Source of the DNA: Actinomycetota bacterium
GTDB lineage: Bacteria; Actinomycetota; Acidimicrobiia; IMCC26256; VFJJ01
Assembly (NCBI GenBank): GCA_009886115.1
Contig: VFJJ01000001.1
Span: 1 to 64,000, forward strand
Length of the DNA stretch: 64,000 nt
Reading direction: 5' to 3'
Shown in pieces: positions 26,096-36,683 of the stretch. The notes beneath the pieces are model-generated. The model saw only the letters and a list, made by a program, of their open reading frames with translations. It searched no databases and was not told the origin of the DNA. Every line of letters starts with the position of its first letter. Position 1 is the first letter of the stretch. The translations under genes were made by a program, and so were the position numbers.

Positions 26096-28945
26096 TCAGG
26101 CGCGGTCGACGGCAGTGGCTGCGCTGCCGCTGCGGGCGATGGCCCGCTCGTCGGTGCCGAGGTAGCTGGCGATCACCGCGGGGTCGTTGCGAACCTCGTC
26201 GGGGGTTCCCTCGGCGATGATCTGGCCCAGCTCGAGGCAGTAGACACGGTCGCTGATCCCCATGATCAGCGGCATGTCGTGCTCGATGACCAGAACCGCG
26301 GCGCCCAACTGGCGTCTGACGTCGATGATGATCGGTCCGAACGCTTCGGTCTCGCGCTGGGCCAGCCCGGCGGTCGGCTCGTCGAGCAGGAGGACCCGGG
26401 CATCGAGGGCGAGCAGTCCGGCGAGCTCGACGATGCGCCGGGTACCGGTCGAGAGGTCGGAGACGTACGCATCTCCGTAGCGGCCGAGGCCGAGGAAGTC
26501 GATCAGGTCTTCGGCGTCGGCCCGTCGCCGCCGCTCGAGCCGTACCGATGACGGCAGGCACAGCGCAGCCGAGAAGAATCCGGTGCGGTGACGGGCCTCG
26601 AGGGCCAACTGGACCGTCTCGCGCACGGTGAGCTCGGGGAACAACATCGCGGCCTGGAACGTCCGCCCGAGCCCACGCCGCGCCCGGGCCGCGGCTCCGA
26701 GGCCCGACACGTTCTCGCCCAGCAGCTCGACGGTCCCTCGGGACGCCACGGTGCCGCCGATGGCGTTCATGAGCGTGCTCTTGCCGGCGCCGTTGCCGCC
26801 GATGAGCCCGACGATCTCGTCGGCTCGAACCTCGATCGACACGGCCTGGACGGCGCGGATCCCCCCGAAGCGCACCTCGAGGTCGACCGTTCGCAGGGCG
26901 GCCGTGCCGTCCGGAATGGGCGACCGATCGGGCCTTGTCAGCGTTGCCGGGGCGGACTGGACGCGCTTGCCCGGCTCCGGCTGCGACTCGTTGCGCCGGT
27001 CGACCATCGCCAACAGCGCATCCCGGGCCGAGTACCCGAGCTGGACGAACCCGCCGGGGAAGTAGAGCAGCAGGACCAGCAGTCCCATGCTGGAGGTGAG
27101 CAGCGGTACCAGTTCGCTGTCGGGGAAGAACGCCGGCAGGCCGAGCACCCAGATCGAGCCCAGCACCGGTCCGCTCGTCGATCCCAACCCACCGATGACG
27201 ACGATCGAGACCAGCGTGAGCGAGTCACCCACGCCGAAATAGCGCATCTGGGGCACGCTCTGCAGCGAGCCGGCGAGCAGGGCACCGCCGAGCCCGGCCA
27301 GCCCGCCGGCCAGAGCGAAGGTGCGGAGCTTCACGGGCGTCGGGTTCACCGTGTAGGCGGCGGCGTTGTCGGGGTTGTCGCGTACGCCGATGGTGGTGCG
27401 TCCCACGCCCGTGCGGCGCAGACGGCCCACGATCGCGAACGCCACGAGGAGCACGACGAGAACCACGTAGTAGTAGGTGCGCTGCGCCTTCAGGTCGAGG
27501 CCGAACAGGTCGGTTCGGCGAAAGGGCACGGCGCCATCGAACCCGCCCGTCAGGATGGGCCGACGGTAGAGATACTGGCTGGCCGCCAGACCGAACGCGA
27601 AGGTGCTCACGGCGAGGAACAGCCCCCGTACCCGCAGCGCCCCGAGCCCGATGAGCGCGGCCAGCGCTGCGGTGACGATCGTGGCCAGCGCCACCGAGGG
27701 GGCGAAGTCCATGGCCACCAAGCCGCCCTTGAGCAGACGGGTGTCGCGCCAGCCGATGTCGACCCCGATGCCGCCATGGAACCCGGCGGCGAGGAACGCG
27801 CCGATGCCCGCGAATGCCATCTGGCCCAACGACAGCTGACCGGCCCAACCGGTCAACACGGTGAGCGACATGCCGCAGATCGAGAAGACGAGGATCGTGG
27901 TGTACAACAGGTGCCGGGACGGCTCGATGACGATCAGCGGGAGCGCGACCGCAGTGGCGAGGAGCAACACGAGAGCGGCCCGATCGATGTTGCGCACCCA
28001 CCACCGCGATCGCAACCGCTCGGGAATCGGCCGCCGTTTCGGGGTGAACGAGAACGCCTGGGTCTCAGCCGACGACCGGCGACTCTGGAAGAACACGGCC
28101 ACCAGCACGATCACCAACACGCAGAAGTCGACGAGGCCCGACTCCCTCGGGAAGTTGAACGAGAGCAGGGCTTCGGACACGCCCAGCACCACGCCGGCCA
28201 CGAAGGCCACGGGGAACGACACCATGCGGGCGACGACGGCGGCGACGAGCGCTCGCACGAGGGTGCTGGGCCCGAGCGTCGCCAGGTCGCTTGCCGATCC
28301 CGACTGCCCGGCCATGAGGCTGAGCGACAGCGTGGCCAGTGCTCCGGCGGCCGCCCACACGAACATCGAGACACGCTTGGGACTGATGCCGTTGATACGG
28401 GCCAGGTCGCGGTTCTCGGCCGACGCCTTGACGCTCTTGCCGAACGTGGTCCGGGTGAGGAACCAGGCGAGGAAGGCGGCCACGATGGGGACGACGATCA
28501 GGATCGACAGCTGTGCTCCCGTGATCCGCACCGAACCCAACTCACGAGCCGACGCGATCGCCTGCGGGAACCGGGCTCCCGACGCGTCGATCTCGGGATA
28601 GGCCAGCAGGATCGCCACCGAGAGCTGGGCCACGCCGATGGTGGCGACGAGCACGATCACCCGGGGTGCGTTGAAGAGCCGCCGCACGACGACCAGCTCG
28701 ATCACCGCGCCGTAGAGCGTGCCGACCGTCAGGGCCACGGCGACGGCGAGCCAGTACGGGACCCCGTACCGGGCGGTCATCAGCACGAGCAGCCCGCCGC
28801 CGACGAGGCCCATGTTGCCCACGGCGAAGTTGATGACCCGACTGGCCCGGTACACCAGCACGATGCCGAGTGCGAGCAGGCCGAACACCAGGCCCGAGAC
28901 CAAACCGTTGAAGACCAGCTGGGCCGTCCACGCCACGCCGATCAT
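26096..28945 (-). CDS. Fused branched-chain-type ABC transporter: LivH permease + LivM permease + LivG-type ATPase
   Basis: LVYRASRVINFA (LivH), GWAGQLSLGQMAFAG and GVRDN (LivM), GGNGAGKS, LLLDEPTAGL, IEHDM, VIASYLG (LivG). Confidence 0.93.
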   Translation of the reverse strand: MIGVAWTAQLVFNGLVSGLVFGLLALGIVLVYRASRVINFAVGNMGLVGGGLLVLMTARYGVPYWLAVAVALTVGTLYGAVIELVVVRRLFNAPRVIVLVATIGVAQLSVAILLAYPEIDASGARFPQAIASARELGSVRITGAQLSILIVVPIVAAFLAWFLTRTTFGKSVKASAENRDLARINGISPKRVSMFVWAAAGALATLSLSLMAGQSGSASDLATLGPSTLVRALVAAVVARMVSFPVAFVAGVVLGVSEALLSFNFPRESGLVDFCVLVIVLVAVFFQSRRSSAETQAFSFTPKRRPIPERLRSRWWVRNIDRAALVLLLATAVALPLIVIEPSRHLLYTTILVFSICGMSLTVLTGWAGQLSLGQMAFAGIGAFLAAGFHGGIGVDIGWRDTRLLKGGLVAMDFAPSVALATIVTAALAALIGLGALRVRGLFLAVSTFAFGLAASQYLYRRPILTGGFDGAVPFRRTDLFGLDLKAQRTYYYVVLVVLLVAFAIVGRLRRTGVGRTTIGVRDNPDNAAAYTVNPTPVKLRTFALAGGLAGLGGALLAGSLQSVPQMRYFGVGDSLTLVSIVVIGGLGSTSGPVLGSIWVLGLPAFFPDSELVPLLTSSMGLLVLLLYFPGGFVQLGYSARDALLAMVDRRNESQPEPGKRVQSAPATLTRPDRSPIPDGTAALRTVDLEVRFGGIRAVQAVSIEVRADEIVGLIGGNGAGKSTLMNAIGGTVASRGTVELLGENVSGLGAAARARRGLGRTFQAAMLFPELTVRETVQLALEARHRTGFFSAALCLPSSVRLERRRRADAEDLIDFLGLGRYGDAYVSDLSTGTRRIVELAGLLALDARVLLLDEPTAGLAQRETEAFGPIIIDVRRQLGAAVLVIEHDMPLIMGISDRVYCLELGQIIAEGTPDEVRNDPAVIASYLGTDERAIARSGSAATAVDRA

Positions 28946-28947
28946 CG

Positions 28948-31158
28948 CTATCCGCCTTCGCGGCCGAGGAACACGGCCCGGGCCAGGTCGTCGCGTTGGG
29001 CGAGCTCGGCGGCCGGTCCGGCGAAGCGGACCTGACCCTTCTCGAGGAACACGGCCCGATCGGCGATCGACAACGCGACGTTGAGCGACTGCTCGACCAG
29101 GACGATCGTCATGCCCTCGCCCTTGAGCCGCTCCACCACGGACAGGAGCTCCTGAACGACGATCGGCGACAAGCCCAGCGAGAGCTCGTCGACGAGGAGC
29201 ACGTCGGGATCGTGGAGCAGCGTGATGGCGAACGCCAGCATCTGCTGCTGTCCTCCCGACAGCGAGGCTGCCGGCTGGCGCATGCGGTCGCCCAGGATCG
29301 GGAACAGCTCGAGGACCCGGGAGATGCGCCGCTCGCGATCGACGGCATCGGCCCGGTAGACGTACGAGCCCATCTCGAGGTTCTCGCGAATGGTCATGTG
29401 CGGGAACACGCCCTTGCCGCCTTGGAGCAACCGGATCCCGTGCTCGACCCGCTTCTCGGGCGCCACATAGGTGATGGGCGTGCCGTGGAGGCGCACCACG
29501 CCGCGCGACGCCGTGCCCAACCCGGCGATGACCCTGAGGATGGTCGACTTGCCGGCACCGTTGGTCCCGAGCAGCGCCAGCACCTCACCCCGGGCGACCT
29601 CGAAGCCGACACCGAAGAGAACCTGGACCGGCCCGTAGGCGAAGTCGATGTCGCTGACCTGGATCGCCGGGACGAGCGCAGGGTCGATCTGCTGGCGCCG
29701 GTGCTCGTCGAGCTCGCTGCGCAGCTCCGTCACCACCAGCGACAGGTCTCGCTTGATGCTCGTGGCGCTGCGCACCACGAGCAGGCCCCCGATGATCGCC
29801 GAGGGTATGCCGAGCAGGAGGACCGCGGCTCGTGGGCCCAGCGCCTCGGTGAAGAACGCGGCGAGCAGGGCCCCGCCCGTGGCCCCGACGAAGAACACGT
29901 AGATCCCGGCCAGCGCCGAGCCCATCCCGCGCAGGCGATAGGGCACCACCGATTGGATCACCGGGTTCACCATCGTGAAGGCGGTGACGAGCAGCATGCT
30001 CGGGACGACGCCCACCACGGCGAACGCCACGGCGTTGGGCATCGCGTACTGGATGGGCAACACCAGCCCGACCGGGGCGATCAGCACACCGATCAGTCGG
30101 AGTGCTCGAGCGGGGTCGCGCCGGAACAGGGCATCGTAACGCTTGGCGACGAACGGCAGCACGAGCAACACGCCCAGTCCGTTCGCGGTGCCGACCAATC
30201 CCCGGTCGAACGAGTCGAGCCCGAAGTGGTCTTCGAGGTAGAGGTTCTGCAGCACCGGTCCGGTGAACAGCCCGAAACCCAAGGCGGCGAAGGCCGTCAC
30301 CATCGTCTTGAACGTGCGGATGCGGTTGAGGCGTTCGAACGCCGCCTCGACCGAGATCGACGTCTTCCCCGCGTCGCTCACCACCTCGCCGAGCACGTCG
30401 AGCATCTCGTGCTGGCCCCGAGGGGGTTCGGGAAGGCGGAAGGCGAGGAACGCCAGCGGCACGACGGGGATCGCGAGCAGGGCGTAGGCCCACCGCCAGC
30501 CCTCGGTCCCTCCGGCTGCTGCGGCGATGCCGCCGACGATCAGTGGGCTCAGCGCTGCTGCAACCCGGGCCGAACCCATGATCGTGGCGGCCATGCGGGC
30601 GCGGATGCCGATCGGGTACGTGTCGGCGATGAGCGAGCCCTGCACGGGCAGGTTGCTCGACTTGGCCACCCCCACCCCGAAGCGCGCCCAGAAGAGGGTG
30701 AAGGCGTTGACCGCGAGCCCACAAGTGAACACCATCGCGGAGAACAGCAACCCCGCCCAGCCGATGATGGGCGCCCGCCGGAAGCGGTCGGCCAGCCAAC
30801 CCATGGGTAGCGAGCCCAGCACCAAGAACGCGCCCGACGCTGCGCTGATGAACACGATCACGCCGTTGCTCACGCCGAAGGTGTCCCGTATGTCGGGCGC
30901 GAGCACCTGCAGGATGGCGACCTCGAGCTCGTCGAACGACTGCAGCAGCACGAGCACGACGAACGTGTACATCCCGCCGGCGCGCAAGCCGGCGCCGAGC
31001 GTCACCTCCCGGGCACCCACGCCCGGCAACAGCTCGTCGGCGAGAAGCACCTCCCGGGTTGCTTCGGCCTGATCGGCCTGGCGCTCGGCCTCCACGTCGA
31101 GCAGGGCCTGGACGAGCCCCGCGGTCGCGCCGGCGTTGGTCGGCTCAACCGTCGACAC
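28948..31158 (-). CDS. MFS permease fused to a LivF-type ABC ATPase
   Basis: About 12 hydrophobic segments with MFS motif A GWLADRFRR; then GTNGAGKS, LSGGQQQ, VDELSLGLSP and VEQ. Start codon approximate. Confidence 0.9.
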   Translation of the reverse strand: MSTVEPTNAGATAGLVQALLDVEAERQADQAEATREVLLADELLPGVGAREVTLGAGLRAGGMYTFVVLVLLQSFDELEVAILQVLAPDIRDTFGVSNGVIVFISAASGAFLVLGSLPMGWLADRFRRAPIIGWAGLLFSAMVFTCGLAVNAFTLFWARFGVGVAKSSNLPVQGSLIADTYPIGIRARMAATIMGSARVAAALSPLIVGGIAAAAGGTEGWRWAYALLAIPVVPLAFLAFRLPEPPRGQHEMLDVLGEVVSDAGKTSISVEAAFERLNRIRTFKTMVTAFAALGFGLFTGPVLQNLYLEDHFGLDSFDRGLVGTANGLGVLLVLPFVAKRYDALFRRDPARALRLIGVLIAPVGLVLPIQYAMPNAVAFAVVGVVPSMLLVTAFTMVNPVIQSVVPYRLRGMGSALAGIYVFFVGATGGALLAAFFTEALGPRAAVLLLGIPSAIIGGLLVVRSATSIKRDLSLVVTELRSELDEHRRQQIDPALVPAIQVSDIDFAYGPVQVLFGVGFEVARGEVLALLGTNGAGKSTILRVIAGLGTASRGVVRLHGTPITYVAPEKRVEHGIRLLQGGKGVFPHMTIRENLEMGSYVYRADAVDRERRISRVLELFPILGDRMRQPAASLSGGQQQMLAFAITLLHDPDVLLVDELSLGLSPIVVQELLSVVERLKGEGMTIVLVEQSLNVALSIADRAVFLEKGQVRFAGPAAELAQRDDLARAVFLGREGG

Positions 31159-31218
31159 GCGCCGTCCTGCCCAACACCATCGCCCCCCATGCTCGCTCTG
31201 CACCGACCGGAGAGCGGG

Positions 31219-31237
31219 CTGAGAAGGAGCTTCTCAG
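31219..31237. promoter_or_regulatory. Palindromic operator CTGAGAAG-N3-CTTCTCAG
   Basis: Perfect 8-bp arms in the divergent transporter intergenic region. Confidence 0.6.
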
Positions 31238-31329
31238 AAACGAGAGCGGTTGTTCCACCTCGCCGGCGACGCGTAGAGTTCGCCCGTTGCGGGCAGACCC
31301 GCCACGAACCCTCGGGGGTGCAGGTACTC

Positions 31330-32733
31330 ATGCGCCACAACGTCTTGTCTCTGGGCCTCGTCGCCGCACTGGCGTTCGCCGGCTGCACATCGGACGACGA
31401 CGCGGCCGACACGTCATCGACCGCGGCCGACACCTCATCGACCACCGCCTCGGACGACACGACCGCCGACACGGCCACCGGCGACACGGCCACCGGCGAC
31501 ACGACCACCACGAGCGCGGCCGAGCCCGACGAAGCCACCACGACCACGGAGCCGATCACCGGTCCGTCGCCGGGTGTCACCGCCGACACCGTCAAGATCG
31601 GCTTCACCTACGTCGACACCGAGGCCTTGGCCGAGGTCAACATCAACCTGAAGCTCGGCGATCATCGGGCCGTGTACCAGGCCTTGATCGACGACATCAA
31701 CGCGAACGGCGGGATCCACGGCCGGACGCTCGAAGCGGTGTTCGCGCCCATCGACCCCACGAGTCCCACACCGGCCGAGGAGGCGTGCCTGCGCCTCACC
31801 GAGGACGAGGACGTCTTCATGGTCGTCGGGTTCCTCCTCCAAGATGCCGTGGTGTGCCCGGCTGGTGTCTACGAGACGGCCGTGCTCGGCGGAGACGTGA
31901 CCGCTCAGCGCCAGGAGCAGGCCCGAGCGCCGTGGATCACGTGGGAGCCCGACACCGAGCTCCCCCAGACGATCGTCCGGACGCTGGCCGAGAGCGGGGC
32001 CCTCGATGGAACGCTCGGGGTGTTCGCCCATGCCAACGACACGGCCATCCTCGACGACCTCGTGTTGCCCGCGCTGACCGAGCTGGGCATCGAGCCGGCC
32101 GAGGTGGGGGTGATCGACGCCCCGACCGACGACACGGCGGCCATCCAGTCAGATGTGAGCCTGGTGTCGGAGCTGTTCCAAGCGGCCGACGTCGACACCC
32201 TGCTGCTCGTCGGTGCCACCTCGGCGCTGTGGGCGCAGTACACCAATGACGACCCCTCGTACCGCCCGTTGCTGCGCTTTCTCGACGTCAACGCGCCCAA
32301 CGCCTTCCTGGGCAGTGAGGCGACGCTCGACACGTCGATTCTCGACGGCGCCCTGGCTGGAGGACCGTTCGGGCCCGACCAGGCGAGGTTCGACGACGCG
32401 ACCATGCAGGAGTGCATCGAGATCCTGACCGCGGCGGGGCTCGACACCCCTGAGCCGTCCGGCTTCGATGCCGATGATCGTACGAACCAGCCCTATCAGG
32501 CTGCGTTCCAGGCCTGCCCCGACATCTTCTTGTTGCGTGCGTTGCTCGAGGCCGCCGGCGAGAACCTCAACTACGGGACGCTCGCCGTCGCCATCGACGG
32601 GCTCGAGGTGACGCTTCCGGGTGACCCGTCGCCGCGGATCTTCGGGACCGGTTCTGCCGCCGATGGCGATCCCAGCGCCTATGTCTTCAGCTGGAACGAA
32701 GCGTCCAAGAGCTTCGTACGCGCCGAGGGCTAG
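31330..32733 (+). CDS. ABC substrate-binding lipoprotein (LivK-like PBP1)
   Basis: Lipobox LAFAGC, Thr/Asp-rich linker, PGVTADTVKIG, INANGGIHGR. Confidence 0.9.
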   Translation: MRHNVLSLGLVAALAFAGCTSDDDAADTSSTAADTSSTTASDDTTADTATGDTATGDTTTTSAAEPDEATTTTEPITGPSPGVTADTVKIGFTYVDTEALAEVNINLKLGDHRAVYQALIDDINANGGIHGRTLEAVFAPIDPTSPTPAEEACLRLTEDEDVFMVVGFLLQDAVVCPAGVYETAVLGGDVTAQRQEQARAPWITWEPDTELPQTIVRTLAESGALDGTLGVFAHANDTAILDDLVLPALTELGIEPAEVGVIDAPTDDTAAIQSDVSLVSELFQAADVDTLLLVGATSALWAQYTNDDPSYRPLLRFLDVNAPNAFLGSEATLDTSILDGALAGGPFGPDQARFDDATMQECIEILTAAGLDTPEPSGFDADDRTNQPYQAAFQACPDIFLLRALLEAAGENLNYGTLAVAIDGLEVTLPGDPSPRIFGTGSAADGDPSAYVFSWNEASKSFVRAEG

Positions 32734-32779
32734 TGGCTCGCACAGTGGCTCGCACAGTGGCTCGCACAGTGGCTCGCAC
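32732..32779. repeat. Tandem repeat 4 x 12 bp (AGTGGCTCGCAC)
   Basis: Four exact units beginning at the SBP stop codon. Confidence 0.9.
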
Positions 32780-32826
32780 CACCGCTCGAGCCCAGCCGGG
32801 CGCGCTCACACCACAGGGGAGACCAC

Positions 32827-33942
32827 GTGAAGACCAGAGCGGCCGTCCTGCGCAAGGCCCCGGGCGAGTGGGAGATCGCCGAGCTCGACCTTGACGGTCC
32901 GCGCCAGGGCGAGCTCCTCGTGCGCGTGGTGGCGTCGGGGCTGTGTCACTCCGACGACCATCTGGCCAAGGGCGACATGGGGATGCGCCTCTTGCCGGTC
33001 GTCGCCGGCCACGAGGGCTCGGGTGTCGTCGAGGAGGTGGGTCGCGACACGCCGGGATGGTCGGTCGGTGACCACGTCGTCACCTCGTTCGTGCCGTCGT
33101 GCGGGCGGTGCCGCTGGTGCTCATCGGGGATGCAGAACCTGTGTGACACCGGGGCCGGGACGTTGTGGGGCACGCGCGACGACGGAAGCGTGCGCCTCAG
33201 CGAGCACGGAAGGCCCATCAGCCAGATGTCGGGGCTCGGGACGTTCAGCCAGTGGATGACGATCTCGACCCTGTCGGCAGTGAAGATCCCGGGCGACCTC
33301 CCGCTCGACGTGATGTGCCTCGTCGGCTGCGGCGTGCCCACCGGTTGGGGCTCGGCGGTGAACTCGGCGCAGGTGCGGCCCGGTCACACGGTGATCGTCA
33401 TGGGGATCGGCGGCATCGGGATCAACGCCGTGCAGGGAGCGGCGCACGCCGGGGCGACGACCGTCATCGCCGTCGATCCCGTCGAGATGAAGCGGGAGGT
33501 CGCGCTCGACCTGGGGGCCACGCACGCAGTCGGCGACATGGCAGCGGCGACCGACATCGCCCGTTCGTTCACGAACGGCCAAGGCGCCGATTCGTGCGTG
33601 ATCTGCGTCGGGATCACGACGGGCGAGCACATCGCCCAAGGTGTCGAGGCGATCCGCAAGGCCGGCATCTGCGTGATCACCGGGATCGGCAGTGACGAGC
33701 GGACCGGCATCCCGGTCTCGCCCACCCATCTGACCCTGTTCCAGAAGCGCATCCAGGGATCGTTGTGCGGGGAGTCGAACCTGAACACCGACGTGTTGCT
33801 GATGACCCAGCTCTACCAGCAGGGAAAGCTCCATCTCGACGAGCTCGTCACGCGCCGGTACCGGCTCGAGGAGATCAACGAGGGCTACGCCGACATGCAC
33901 GCCGGCAAGAACATCCGGGGCATCATCGTGCACCAGCACTGA
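32827..33942 (+). CDS. Zn-dependent alcohol dehydrogenase (NDMA-dependent/nicotinoprotein-like)
   Basis: GLCHSDDH, GHEG, CGRCRWC...C, GCGVPTGWGSA, GIGGIG. Confidence 0.93.
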   Translation: MKTRAAVLRKAPGEWEIAELDLDGPRQGELLVRVVASGLCHSDDHLAKGDMGMRLLPVVAGHEGSGVVEEVGRDTPGWSVGDHVVTSFVPSCGRCRWCSSGMQNLCDTGAGTLWGTRDDGSVRLSEHGRPISQMSGLGTFSQWMTISTLSAVKIPGDLPLDVMCLVGCGVPTGWGSAVNSAQVRPGHTVIVMGIGGIGINAVQGAAHAGATTVIAVDPVEMKREVALDLGATHAVGDMAAATDIARSFTNGQGADSCVICVGITTGEHIAQGVEAIRKAGICVITGIGSDERTGIPVSPTHLTLFQKRIQGSLCGESNLNTDVLLMTQLYQQGKLHLDELVTRRYRLEEINEGYADMHAGKNIRGIIVHQH

Positions 33943-33999
33943 CGCCCGGGCCGGTCGGCGGCCTCACGGGCCTCGACCGCGGTCGAGCGGGCGCGGGCC

Positions 34000-35268
34000 T
34001 CAGGCGGCGGGCGTGTACTCGAGGTGCAGCTGGGTCAGACCTCGGATCATGTACGTGCGCAGGTAGCTGAACCGACGATCGCCGGCGGGACCGTGCTCGG
34101 CGTCCGAGATCCTGATGTCGTGCATGCGGTCGAGGATCCGTTCGAGGGCCACACGGCCTTCGGACCGGGCCAGCGGCGCGCCGGCGCAGGTGTGGACACC
34201 GTGGCCGAACGCGAGGTGCTGGCGAGCGTTCGGCCGATCGACGCGGAATTCGTTCGGGCACTCGAACCGGCGCGGGTCGCGGTTGGCCGCGCCGACGAGG
34301 AGCGCGGCCGAGGTCCCGGCGGGTAGGTCGACCCCGCCGACCGCGGTGGGGACACGCGAAAGTCGGAAGGGGCCCTTGAGGGGGGTCTCGAAGCGCAGCG
34401 TCTCCTCGAGGAAGTTGGGGATGAGGCGCCGGTCGTCGCGGAGTCGCTCTTGGATCTCGGGCTGCTCGGCGATGATGCGCAGCGCGGAGCTCAGCATGCG
34501 GACCGTGGTCTCCTGACCCGCCGCGAACAAGTTGGCCGCGATCCGCACGACCTCGTGGACCTCGGGGAGCGTTCCGTCGGGGAACGTGGCCGTCGCCAGA
34601 CCGGTCAGAACATCGTCGCGGGGCTCGCGGCGACGGTCCTCGACGTAGCCCACGAAACGGTGGTGCAGGTACGCCAGCGGGTCGCGGGCCATGTCGTGCG
34701 GACTCGTGAACCGCTGCTCGAGCTTGTTGCCCACCATCTCGGCTCGGAATGCGGCGCGGTCGTCGTCGGGGACGCCGAGCAGGTCGGCGATGACGAGGGC
34801 CGTGAACGGCTGGGCGAACTCGGTGATGAGCTCCAGCGTGCCCCGTTCGCCGAGCTCGTCGATCTGGCGATCGGCCTGATGCCACATGAACGCCTCGTTC
34901 TCGTTGAGGCGCTTGGGGGTGATCAATCGCAAGAGCAGCCCGCGATGGGCCGTGTGCTGCGGCGGATCCATCGTCGGGAGCTCGCCGGCGAAAGGCAGCT
35001 CGTCGCGGTGCTGCTCGATGAGCTCGGTGACGTCGTCGCCCTCGAGCGGGACGGGGAAGGCCGCGGCCCCGCTGACGGCATTGCACGACGACCACGTCGC
35101 CGTGTCGTGGTACACCGACATCACCTCGTCGAACCCGGTGATCATCACCACGTCGTGGTGGGCCTCGCGCTGCACGGGGCAACGCTGGCGCATGTGGTCC
35201 CAGTACGGGTACGGGTCGGCGGTCACCGCCTTGTCGGTGAAGTAGTCGATCGCGTCGAAGTCGGTCAC
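34000..35268 (-). CDS. Cytochrome P450
   Basis: AGQETT, ETLR, FGHGVHTCAG. Confidence 0.96.
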   Translation of the reverse strand: MTDFDAIDYFTDKAVTADPYPYWDHMRQRCPVQREAHHDVVMITGFDEVMSVYHDTATWSSCNAVSGAAAFPVPLEGDDVTELIEQHRDELPFAGELPTMDPPQHTAHRGLLLRLITPKRLNENEAFMWHQADRQIDELGERGTLELITEFAQPFTALVIADLLGVPDDDRAAFRAEMVGNKLEQRFTSPHDMARDPLAYLHHRFVGYVEDRRREPRDDVLTGLATATFPDGTLPEVHEVVRIAANLFAAGQETTVRMLSSALRIIAEQPEIQERLRDDRRLIPNFLEETLRFETPLKGPFRLSRVPTAVGGVDLPAGTSAALLVGAANRDPRRFECPNEFRVDRPNARQHLAFGHGVHTCAGAPLARSEGRVALERILDRMHDIRISDAEHGPAGDRRFSYLRTYMIRGLTQLHLEYTPAA

Positions 35269-35456
35269 GTGTGGTCCTCGTCAAGCTCGTGCGATCATCG
35301 CGATCATGGCGCTCGCAGGGTACGAGAGCGCCCTTCTCAGCGGCAATCGCCACCGGGTCCGCGCCGCTCGGCATCGGCAGCGATCCTGGTCGGCGTGGCG
35401 CCTGACGGCGGCAGCGGCGCTTGACGCTGCAAATGCAACTCTGTGATGGTGAGAGC

Positions 35457-36683
35457 ATGATTTCCGCCGCCGACTCGGCGCAACTCGTCGATGCGGGGCG
35501 CTACGCCCGCGAGGGGTATCCGCACGAGCTGTGGACCCGACTGCGGGCCGAGGCCCCGGTGGCGTACTGCGCTCCGCCGGGATATCGGCCGTTCTGGGCG
35601 ATCACCAAGCACGCCGACATCACGCAGATCGCGTCGCAGCCGCTGCGCTTCTCGAGCGCCCAGGGCATCGTCATCGGCCCGGCCGACGCTCCGATCGTGC
35701 CGTCCGACATGGTCGTCGCCATGGATCCACCGCGGCACGGACCCATGCGCAGGCTGACGAGCCGGCACTTCACGCCCCGGGCTGTGCGGGAACGGCGCGA
35801 CGAGGTCGAACGCATCGCAGTCGAGATCGTCGACGCCGCGGCCACCGGTGGAGCCATCCACGAGTGCGACTTCGTCGAGAGCATCGCCGCTCCGCTACCG
35901 ATCGCGGTCGTGTCACTGGTCCTCGGCGTGCCGAGCGCCGACTGGCAGCTGCTGTTCCGCTGGACCAACGAGGTGATCGGCAAGGACGATCCCGAGTTCC
36001 AGCTTCCGGGCGAGACGCCCGACCAAACCAGCATGCGGGCCCGCCGCGAGCTGCACGCCTACTTCGGGGCGCTCATCGAGCAGCGTCGCCGAGATCCGCA
36101 GGACGATCTCGTGAGCGAGCTGATCCGGGCCGAGATCGACGGCGAGCCACTCACCCGCTCGCAGCTCCTGTCGTACTGCGAGCTGATGGTGGAGGCGGGT
36201 AACGAGACCACCCGGAACGCGATCACGGGAGGTCTGCTGGCGTTCAGTGAGCACCGCGGTGAGTGGGAGAAGCTCCGCGACCACCCCGAGCTGCTCCCGG
36301 GCGCGGTCGAAGAGATCCTGCGCTGGGTCAGCCCGATCACCCACTTCACGCGCACTGCGACCGAAGACTGCGAGATCCGCGGCGAGAGGATCGGGGCGGG
36401 CGAGCAGGTGGCGCTGTTCTTCGCCTCCGCCAACCGCGACGAGGAGGTGTTCGACGATCCCTTCGCGTTCCGTATCGACCGCCATCCGAACCCGCACCTC
36501 GCGTTCGGCTTCGGCGAGCATCTGTGCCTGGGCGCACACGTCGCCCGTGTCGAGCTCGAGACGATCTTCCGCCACCTGCTCGCCCGGTTGGAGTGGTTCG
36601 AGGTCTCGGGTCCGGTGGAGCGGCTGAAGTCGGTGGTCAACGGCGGCGTCAAGCACCTGCCGCTCCGCTATCGCCTCACGTAG
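35457..36683 (+). CDS. Cytochrome P450 (CYP124/125/142-like by appearance)
   Basis: AGNETT, EILRW, NPHLAFGFGEHLCLG. Confidence 0.95.
   Translation: MISAADSAQLVDAGRYAREGYPHELWTRLRAEAPVAYCAPPGYRPFWAITKHADITQIASQPLRFSSAQGIVIGPADAPIVPSDMVVAMDPPRHGPMRRLTSRHFTPRAVRERRDEVERIAVEIVDAAATGGAIHECDFVESIAAPLPIAVVSLVLGVPSADWQLLFRWTNEVIGKDDPEFQLPGETPDQTSMRARRELHAYFGALIEQRRRDPQDDLVSELIRAEIDGEPLTRSQLLSYCELMVEAGNETTRNAITGGLLAFSEHRGEWEKLRDHPELLPGAVEEILRWVSPITHFTRTATEDCEIRGERIGAGEQVALFFASANRDEEVFDDPFAFRIDRHPNPHLAFGFGEHLCLGAHVARVELETIFRHLLARLEWFEVSGPVERLKSVVNGGVKHLPLRYRLT

Noticed and set aside
26588..30810. Long plus-strand ORFs (815 aa and 604 aa)
   Set aside because: Antisense shadows of the transporter fusion genes.
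31390..31560. Repetitive DNA in the SBP gene
   Set aside because: Encodes an ordinary Thr/Asp/Ala-rich lipoprotein linker.
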